Part shown: positions 57,102 to 64,000 of the stretch, one piece after another
Layout: each line of letters starts with the position of its first letter
How positions within the stretch are numbered: position 1 is the stretch's first letter
Assembly (NCBI GenBank): GCA_002402995.1
Contig: DHGX01000001.1
Span: 151,073 to 215,072, forward strand
Direction: 5' to 3'
DNA: 64,000 nucleotides
Source of the DNA: Patescibacteria group bacterium UBA4787
Lineage (GTDB): Bacteria; Patescibacteriota; Patescibacteriia; UBA2591; UBA4787
Notes under the pieces: generated by a model
What the model saw: the letters and a program-made list of their open reading frames with translations, nothing else
What the model was told of the DNA's origin: nothing
Databases searched by the model: none
Made by a program: the position numbers and the translations under genes

Positions 57102-59399
57102 ATGATCCACGCCATTAAGATAAAACCACAAAGAATATCAGAAATTTTAGTATTTTTTTTGTTGATTGGTTTATATATTTATAATATAACTAAATATTTT
57201 TGGACATTGCCGACACCAAGCGATCCGCTTGAGTATTTAGGTTCGGCAGCCTGGGGGACTGCCTATGGATTCTGGCCCTTTCTCGCCCGCTTAGCTTTAG
57301 CCGTTAACCTAAGAATTTTCGTTCTATTGTTCTCCAAGGCCTATTTTGCGGGAATGTTCTATATCGGTTTTATCAACACCGCCATCTTAATTGTGGCCAT
57401 GCTTTGGGCTTTTAGAAAGTCAGGATTCTGGGCAGCTTTATTCGTCGGTATTTTCATGAACTCTTCTTATCTGATGCTCGGCTGGGCTACCTATATTTAT
57501 CCGGATCAAACCGTCGCCCTTTATTCGTTGTTGGCGTTTATTTGTTTCTTTTCGGAGTTTAAAATTTATCGTTTCATTAACGGGACTTTTCTGGCAGGTT
57601 TTTTTACTGGACTCGCCATACTTTCTAAGGCTACGGGTTTTGGTATATTGCTGTTTTTTGTTATATATCTTATTTATAAAAAAGAATGGAGGAAAATAAA
57701 ACAATTTGCTATTGGTCTGTTTATTGGACTGACCATTGTCGTGTTCTTGTTCTGTCTTTTGTATAATTACCAGTCTTTTTTAGATGCTTTTGTGGAATTT
57801 TTTTATGGTTCGCTAGGGCGTAATTTGGCAAAAATTTATACTAATTTAGGTGCAGGATATTTTCACGAGATCATTTCATCAATAAAATACTTTCCATTTG
57901 TCGCACTATTTATTTTAATCGGCGCTTATAAAAATCAGAAAACCAAGAATTTATTATTCTTGGCTTGGTTCAATATTTTTTTGGTTTATCTTTTAAGGTC
58001 TTCGGCACCTTCTATCCCAACCTATATTTATACTGCTTATATTTTTACTGTTTTAGGAGTATCTATCTATTTAGCCGATGTTTTTGTGTCGAAACAGAGC
58101 AATCGACCAATAGTCAATTTGTCAATTTTGCGTAAATACAGTTTTGTTTTATTTTTTATAATCGTGCTTATTTTAATGGTCGTTGGTCTGCGATTGGGCA
58201 TTAAATATCATTCCGTAGAAAATTATGACTATAGCTATAACTATTTGAAGCCGCTTGATATTTACGAAACAACTAGTTTCCCATACCCTAATATTATAAA
58301 AATATTATATACTTTTATACCCATTCTGCTTTTAGTTTGTTTATTGGGGATTGAGATTCTGAGGCGAAAGATCTTTATTGTTTTATTTATTATTTTGACT
58401 GCTTTCGGCTCCTCTTTTTTCAATGGCGGCCTTGCTTATCAAAAGGCGAAGTATGACAGAGAACGGGCAGATTTTTTCTATAGAACCGCCCCAATTTTAA
58501 ATTTAGTAAAAGACAAAACCTTTAGTGTTTACGTCGAAGCCTGGAACCAGCAATCTTATTCCAATCGGCTCTTGTGGGTCTATCGTTTATTTTTTGACAA
58601 TAAATATCAAAGAGTTTTCAAAGATCAATACAAAGCGCAAAAATTAAACGCCGACGAGATCGAAAGTAGTATAATTTATATAGACAAAGAAAACGATATT
58701 TTGTCAAAAGCCAAGAATGGACGAATCTTGACTGATCGTCCGGATATAGTCCATAAATATTTTCCTTCCGCCATAGAGGTACAGAGGTTGACAGAATTTA
58801 ATAATTTAAGAGATTTGGTCGTGCTTGATATTTCTTCACAGTATTCTATAAAGAAGACGGTTAAATTTTTATTCCAAGAAGATTTTTCAAAATGGCCGAA
58901 CGAGACTAAGAAATTTAGTTCCTCTGAAATAGAGAAAATTTTGCCCCCGCTTAAAATATTGGGTTTAAGGGGGAATCATTTCAAATTTTTGCGGCAAAAT
59001 TCAGGAGAAGATAATTATGTCAGGATTAATTTGAATAAAATAAATAACAGAGAAAAACCAGAAATTAATCTTGGTTATATTGTTAGCCTCCTAGAAATTT
59101 TAGAAAAAGACAAAAACCAACCATTATTTGTCACCCTTGAGGTGGTGGCACGAACTTCTGCTAATCAAAAGAATCAACCCCCCTTTATTTTTATTCAAGA
59201 CAAGGTTAATGAGGACTGGGATTTGACTAAGATTAATATGCCGGGAGATAGATGGGGAGAATACGTTGCAACTAAAAAATTAAGAGACGGCGCTAAAGAT
59301 TTTTTGGCTGGTATAGGATTTTTGCCAAGTTCCGTAGAGAGCTATTTAGACGTTAAAAGCATAAAAATATCCGTTTGGTCTGTGGCTGACAACAAATAA
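57102..59399 (+). CDS. large polytopic membrane protein, probable GT-C glycosyltransferase with C-terminal extracellular domain
   Basis: SDPLEY after TM1, YPDQ, GLAILSKATG, many TMs, beta-rich C-terminus. Confidence 0.65.
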   Translation: MIHAIKIKPQRISEILVFFLLIGLYIYNITKYFWTLPTPSDPLEYLGSAAWGTAYGFWPFLARLALAVNLRIFVLLFSKAYFAGMFYIGFINTAILIVAMLWAFRKSGFWAALFVGIFMNSSYLMLGWATYIYPDQTVALYSLLAFICFFSEFKIYRFINGTFLAGFFTGLAILSKATGFGILLFFVIYLIYKKEWRKIKQFAIGLFIGLTIVVFLFCLLYNYQSFLDAFVEFFYGSLGRNLAKIYTNLGAGYFHEIISSIKYFPFVALFILIGAYKNQKTKNLLFLAWFNIFLVYLLRSSAPSIPTYIYTAYIFTVLGVSIYLADVFVSKQSNRPIVNLSILRKYSFVLFFIIVLILMVVGLRLGIKYHSVENYDYSYNYLKPLDIYETTSFPYPNIIKILYTFIPILLLVCLLGIEILRRKIFIVLFIILTAFGSSFFNGGLAYQKAKYDRERADFFYRTAPILNLVKDKTFSVYVEAWNQQSYSNRLLWVYRLFFDNKYQRVFKDQYKAQKLNADEIESSIIYIDKENDILSKAKNGRILTDRPDIVHKYFPSAIEVQRLTEFNNLRDLVVLDISSQYSIKKTVKFLFQEDFSKWPNETKKFSSSEIEKILPPLKILGLRGNHFKFLRQNSGEDNYVRINLNKINNREKPEINLGYIVSLLEILEKDKNQPLFVTLEVVARTSANQKNQPPFIFIQDKVNEDWDLTKINMPGDRWGEYVATKKLRDGAKDFLAGIGFLPSSVESYLDVKSIKISVWSVADNK

Positions 59400-59463
59400 T
59401 TTAATTTAGTCAAACTCAGGAAATTTCTATTCATAATTTTGCGCGATTATCATAATATAAAAT

Positions 59464-60585
59464 ATGTCCAAAATTATTTCTTTTGTTTTTAATGATTTTA
59501 CTAACGACCTCAGAGTTTTAAAAGAAAACATTTCTTTAAAAAATGCTGGTTTTAAGATGACAGTAGTTGCGACTCTTGAATCGGGTTTAAAAAAGCTGGA
59601 ATTTGTCAAAGATTTAGAGGTGCATAGAATAAAAGTCAATTATATCAAAGCTTTGCCGATTCAACTATTTTTTTACTGGATAAAATGCATTGTAAAATAC
59701 AGAAAAGAGGCCATATTTCATTGCAACGATCTTTACGCCTTACCTATAGGCGTATTTATTAAAATATTTTTTAATAAAAAAGCTAAAGTGGTTTATGATT
59801 GTCATGAGTATGAAACCGAGGCTCATATTTATGATGGCAGGAAGTGGCTGAAAATAGCTGCTAAAATCTCCGAAAGATTGTTGATAAGATATTGCGACGA
59901 AGTTATTACTGTCAGTGAGTCGATTGCCAACGAATATCAAAGATTATATAAAATAAAAAAACCAACCTTAGTTCTGAATTGTCCGCGTTTTCAGAAATAC
60001 GAAAAAAAAGATTTATTTCGGCAGAAATTTGGAATAAAACCAGAGACAAAAATAGTTTTATTCCAAGGAGAATATAGAAAGGGAAGAGGGCTAGAAATTA
60101 TGATAGAGGCCTTCAAGAAATTAAATGATAAAAATTTGGCTTTAGTTTTTCTTGGTTATGGGGCTCTCACTAATTTTGTAAAACAAGAAACAATGTCGTC
60201 TTCTAATATATATGTGCACGAAACGGTTAGCCTCGACGTCTACATGGACTATATTTGTTCGGCCGATTTCGGAATTCATATTATGGAGAATACTTGTCTG
60301 AATCATTATTACGCTCTTCCGAACAAACTTTTTGAATATATTATGGCCGGACTGCCGGTGATTGTTTCTAATTTGTACGAAATGAAAAGATTTGTTGAAA
60401 AATATAACGTCGGCATAGTTTTGCATGAAAATAATGTTGCCTCGCTTCTGGAAGTTTTAAATAAAATTAACAGTCTTGATTTAACGATTGTTCGAGAGAA
60501 CACCCAAAAAGTCGCCCAAGTTTATAATTGGGGAAATCAAGAAATAACCCTGATTAATTTATATAAAAATTTAGTTCAAAAATAA
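59464..60585 (+). CDS. GT4 glycosyltransferase
   Basis: DLRVLKE, HCND, YDCHE, GRGLE, PNKLFEYIMAGLPVI. Confidence 0.9.
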   Translation: MSKIISFVFNDFTNDLRVLKENISLKNAGFKMTVVATLESGLKKLEFVKDLEVHRIKVNYIKALPIQLFFYWIKCIVKYRKEAIFHCNDLYALPIGVFIKIFFNKKAKVVYDCHEYETEAHIYDGRKWLKIAAKISERLLIRYCDEVITVSESIANEYQRLYKIKKPTLVLNCPRFQKYEKKDLFRQKFGIKPETKIVLFQGEYRKGRGLEIMIEAFKKLNDKNLALVFLGYGALTNFVKQETMSSSNIYVHETVSLDVYMDYICSADFGIHIMENTCLNHYYALPNKLFEYIMAGLPVIVSNLYEMKRFVEKYNVGIVLHENNVASLLEVLNKINSLDLTIVRENTQKVAQVYNWGNQEITLINLYKNLVQK

Positions 60586-60623
60586 ATAATATCGGACAAA
60601 GAAGAGATTGTACGATCAATATA

Positions 60624-61526
60624 ATGACTGACGAAGTTTTGTTTAAAAATTACATCATACCCGAAATCCCGCGAGGGAAAAATTTTTTGATTTGGCTAAG
60701 CCACGACGTAGACAGGGTTCAAAAGACAATATTTCATTCTATCTATTATTTTTTTAAAGAAAGGAAATTCAGCCACTTGCAAGACATTTTTTCTAAAAAT
60801 AATCCTTATTGGAATTTCGATCGTATAATGGCGCTGGAAGGGCAATATAATGCCAAATCAACCTTTTTCTTTTTAAACGAAACAATGAAGGCTGATATTC
60901 TTCAACCTAAGTCGTATATTTTAGCGAAAGGAAGATATGATATTACCAGCCCGAAAATTAAACAGATAATCAAAGCCATTGATAAAAATGGCTGGGAAGT
61001 GGGCTTGCATGGTTCATATCAGTCTTTTTTAGATAAAGAGCTTCTAACGAGAGAAAAACGAACACTTGAAGAAGTGATTGGCCACGAAATAGGCGGCATT
61101 AGGCAGCATTATTGGAATAATGTTATTCCCAAAACCTGGGCGATTCAAAGATCGATCGGTTTAAAATATGACGCAACGTTCGCGACAAAAGATGATATTG
61201 GTTTTCGCGAAAATATTTATTATCCGTTTAGGCCATTTGATGACGATTTTTTGGTGATACCAACGGTTATCATGGAATATTATTTGTTTAATAAAGCTGA
61301 CGGAAATGTTGATGTGGCCAAGAAGATGATTAACGATCTTATTGATTTTTGTAAAAACAAGAGGGCCGTATTTTCGGTTTTATGGCATCCACATTTTATA
61401 AATCCTAAAGAATTTCCCGATCTTTATAATCTTTACGAATATTTATTAAAAAGAGCCAGCGAGGAAGGTGGCTATTTTATCACTCCAAAAAATTTATTAT
61501 CAAGCGAACGAGTGAAATGGAAATAA
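60624..61526 (+). CDS. polysaccharide deacetylase family protein; C-terminus supplied by an inserted element
   Basis: SHDVD, STFFFL, WEVGLHGS, GIRQHY, LWHP. Confidence 0.85.
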   Translation: MTDEVLFKNYIIPEIPRGKNFLIWLSHDVDRVQKTIFHSIYYFFKERKFSHLQDIFSKNNPYWNFDRIMALEGQYNAKSTFFFLNETMKADILQPKSYILAKGRYDITSPKIKQIIKAIDKNGWEVGLHGSYQSFLDKELLTREKRTLEEVIGHEIGGIRQHYWNNVIPKTWAIQRSIGLKYDATFATKDDIGFRENIYYPFRPFDDDFLVIPTVIMEYYLFNKADGNVDVAKKMINDLIDFCKNKRAVFSVLWHPHFINPKEFPDLYNLYEYLLKRASEEGGYFITPKNLLSSERVKWK

Positions 61527-61571
61527 AATTTCCATTTCCGAGCAAGCGCGGATAACACAGGGTTAATACCC
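61499..61571 (+). repeat. TTTATT-family mini element, copy E
   Basis: 73 nt flanked by TTTATT/CTTATT; 72/73 identical to copy C. Confidence 0.9.
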
Positions 61572-61594
61572 CTTATTAACTTCGAACAGATAAT

Positions 61595-62428
61595 ATGTCG
61601 GAAGAAATTAAAAAATATCATTGTTCTGTTTGCGACACAGACTCTTTGACTTTGTTGAAACATACAGGTGATGCTAAAATATATAAATGCCTAAAATGCG
61701 GATCTACGATTAAAACAACGTCTCCAGAAGAGGATCAGGTTCGTATTTCTACGGCCGATTATGTTAAACAAGAGCTCAGAGACGAATATTCTAGAAAGAG
61801 AAAAAATTATCATCAATATATTTATGATTTGATTTTTAAATTTTCTGGGAAAAGGCATGGCTCAGTTTTAGATATCGGGGCCAATTATGGCCAACTACTA
61901 GAAATTTTTCAAAAAAACGGATGGGAAACATTTGGTATAGAGCCAAATGTTAAATGTTTGACGCAAATGAAAGAAAATGACATAAGCGCCTATGCGCAGA
62001 TAGATGACTTGATGGATGATGAAAATTACCGCAATAAAGCTTTCGACGCCATTACTTTTATAGATGTTTTGTATTATATAGATGATCCTATCAAATTATT
62101 AACTAAGTGTTATAATATTCTAAAGCCGGGCGGAATTATTTTGTTACGCACCTATCACAGGTCATATTTATTATTTTTAAGATTTTTCTTTAAAAATATT
62201 GTAAATCTCGTATATGGTGATTCAAAAATAGATTTTAGTATTAAGGGTTTATTCTTATTGGGGCAGATTACTGGTTTCAAGAAAGACAATATCACTATTT
62301 TTAGCGAACCGGGTTATATAAGAAAAGAGGGTGGTTTGCGATTAATTTATGATATTTTTCGAATTTTTAGATTAAACAATATTTTGGGTCCCGGTATTAT
62401 TACAATCATGAAGAAGAGCAATTCTTAG
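61595..62428 (+). CDS. class I SAM-dependent methyltransferase with N-terminal zinc ribbon
   Basis: CSVC..CLKC, VLDIGANYG, FDAITFIDVL, LKPGG. Confidence 0.85.
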   Translation: MSEEIKKYHCSVCDTDSLTLLKHTGDAKIYKCLKCGSTIKTTSPEEDQVRISTADYVKQELRDEYSRKRKNYHQYIYDLIFKFSGKRHGSVLDIGANYGQLLEIFQKNGWETFGIEPNVKCLTQMKENDISAYAQIDDLMDDENYRNKAFDAITFIDVLYYIDDPIKLLTKCYNILKPGGIILLRTYHRSYLLFLRFFFKNIVNLVYGDSKIDFSIKGLFLLGQITGFKKDNITIFSEPGYIRKEGGLRLIYDIFRIFRLNNILGPGIITIMKKSNS

Positions 62429-62442
62429 ATAAAATAAAATCA

Positions 62443-63018
62443 TTGTTTATGTACCTGATCAAAGGAAACTATCGTTTAAAAAAAATGGCCAAACTTGTTT
62501 CCTCGGCGAATAGAGTTTTGGATTTAGGCTGCATGCAACAGCCCAATGTTTATTTAAACAATAAGATGGTTATTGGGATGGATCTTAACAACGGAAAATT
62601 ACCACCGAATTATAAAGAATTAGTAGTGGGCGACGTTATGAATTTGCTTAGTTTTTTTGAAAAAGATTTTTTTGACGCTATTGTGGCCGGTGAGATTATC
62701 GAACACCTGGAAAGGCCAATTGATTTTTTAAGAAATTGCTACGAAATTATGAGCAGTGGTGGTCAATTGGTGATTTCTACGCCTAATCCTCATTCGATTT
62801 TCGAGTTTTTGTTAACTATTAATTTATCAAGAAAGTATTTTTATCATCCTGTTCACGTTTGTCTTTATCCTCAAAGATGGCTCATTAGAATGTTTGAAAG
62901 GGCCGGATTTAAAAATGTACAAGTTATAGCCGGTGGCACCGAGTTGCCAATTATTGGCACTGTGCCTTCCTCACGCCTTCTGTCAGGGTTTACAATCGTT
63001 AAAGGAGTAAAGCCATAA
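62443..63018 (+). CDS. class I SAM-dependent methyltransferase
   Basis: VLDLGC, FDAIVAGEIIEHL, ISTPN. Confidence 0.85.
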   Translation: MFMYLIKGNYRLKKMAKLVSSANRVLDLGCMQQPNVYLNNKMVIGMDLNNGKLPPNYKELVVGDVMNLLSFFEKDFFDAIVAGEIIEHLERPIDFLRNCYEIMSSGGQLVISTPNPHSIFEFLLTINLSRKYFYHPVHVCLYPQRWLIRMFERAGFKNVQVIAGGTELPIIGTVPSSRLLSGFTIVKGVKP

Positions 63019-63029
63019 ATTAAAATTAA

Positions 63030-64000
63030 ATGGACAAAAAATATATTTGGCAATATCTTTTTGCGGTTATACTTATTTTATTTTCTTTAATTTTTGTTCT
63101 TAAAAATAATAATTTTAAGGTGTTGTCGGGCGTATCGTTCTCCGATGTCTTTGTTTCTATTTTTATCGCCTTGGTTATATATTCCATTTCCGGCTTGCAA
63201 TATTTATTTTTATTAAGGAGATATGGCCAAACTAAATTGAATCTATCAGACATTTTTTTGCTGCCTATTGCCATGAATTTCTGGAGTTTCATTATTCCTT
63301 TTCAGGGAGCGCTACTGTATTCAACGGCCATATTGAAATTTAAATATAAAATAAAAATCGCCGAAAGCTTTTCTATAAATATTTATTCTTATTTGATAAC
63401 AATATTTATAGCTGGCCTCATTGGAATGTTTTTCGTGATTAGGGATAAAATGTTTTTCTCAACCATTTCTGCAATTTCTTTGTTGTTTGTTCTTAATCCG
63501 TTTATAATTTTTTTGCTGAATGCGTTATTCCAGCGTTGGCATATACGACAAAACAACATTCTGTTTAAAATCCAGCAATTTTTATTCGCTATTGTTTACA
63601 ATACGAAGCTGTTATACAAAGACTTGCGCACGACTTTAATTGTCGTGCTTATCAATATCGTTCATACTTTTTTAAGTGTAATTTGGTATTATTGGGTTAT
63701 CTCTATATTTAAAATCAACCTTTCTGCTATTTCAGTGATAATGTTGGCGTTATTGGCCAAAGTATCTCTTATTCTAAGACTAACTCCGGGTAATTTGGGG
63801 ATAGACCAATTGGCCTCTGGTGGCCTTATCGTTTTATTGGGTGGCAAGGCGGTTGATGGGGTTTTGGTCTCATTGTTTATTACTTTTACTACTATTTTAA
63901 TAGTTTTTTCTCTGGGAGTTTTGTCTACAATTTATAATATGAAATATTTCCAGGCGACTGATTTTAAATCCATAATTAAATCTTTGCTTAAGCGCACATA
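63030..64000 (+). CDS. lysylphosphatidylglycerol synthase TM / flippase-like membrane protein (open to window edge)
   Basis: Manual translation MDKKYIWQY..NFWSFIIPFQGA..LTPGNLGIDQ; many TMs; absent from the ORF track because no complete stop codon lies in the window. Confidence 0.75.
   Translation, partial: MDKKYIWQYLFAVILILFSLIFVLKNNNFKVLSGVSFSDVFVSIFIALVIYSISGLQYLFLLRRYGQTKLNLSDIFLLPIAMNFWSFIIPFQGALLYSTAILKFKYKIKIAESFSINIYSYLITIFIAGLIGMFFVIRDKMFFSTISAISLLFVLNPFIIFLLNALFQRWHIRQNNILFKIQQFLFAIVYNTKLLYKDLRTTLIVVLINIVHTFLSVIWYYWVISIFKINLSAISVIMLALLAKVSLILRLTPGNLGIDQLASGGLIVLLGGKAVDGVLVSLFITFTTILIVFSLGVLSTIYNMKYFQATDFKSIIKSLLKRT

Noticed and set aside
2692-63292. Many short antisense or alternate-frame ORFs in the track
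   Set aside because: They are shadows of well-supported genes and have no motifs or start signals.
1-64000. CRISPR array, DGR or retron, integrase, transposase, rRNA
   Set aside because: No regularly spaced repeat-spacer array, no RT, integrase or transposase motifs, and no rRNA-like sequence were seen; the repeats found are dispersed.
1-64000. Alternative genetic code 25 (UGA=Gly)
   Set aside because: Long genes are intact under code 11, and TGA ends the mgtC-family gene, queA and others at expected lengths.

Overview
AT-rich bacterial chromosome segment, standard code 11. Gene content and order point to Patescibacteria/CPR (Parcubacteria-like); this is inference from the T4SS-type pilin array beside an orphan solute-binding protein, the MBL-fold gene upstream of gyrA, compact rpoB and tRNA-Ile(UAU). 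Bases 1-37.7 kb are mostly housekeeping: ruvB (partial), two tRNAs, Ktr/Trk K+ uptake, ruvC, mgtC, queA, a class A PBP, gyrA, four pilins, a polyprenol-P-sugar synthase flanked by two GT-C-like proteins, yebC, murE, rpoBC, ftsK, rodZ-like and recA. Bases 37.7-64 kb are a large Wzz/Wzy-type surface-glycan cluster with WbpB/E/I-like genes, two WbuX/WbpG-like amidotransferases (one fused to a class II GATase), a CapK-like ligase, a GNAT, two deacetylases, a pyruvyltransferase and six methyltransferases. The most striking unexplained signal is a set of tiny structured insertion elements with no transposase in the window. (1) A 73-81 nt element without terminal inverted repeats, flanked by TTTATT direct repeats, occurs in at least 5 copies with covarying stems and has rewritten two protein C-termini. 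(2) A ~97-bp MITE inserted into tRNA-Ala regenerates the tRNA 5' end. (3) A hairpin interrupts a tRNA pseudogene. (4) TCCGCC-N-GGCGGA palindromes occur in spacers and in-frame inside queA. No CRISPR, rRNA, integrase or reverse transcriptase was seen. Product calls rest on motif recognition by eye, not database searches.
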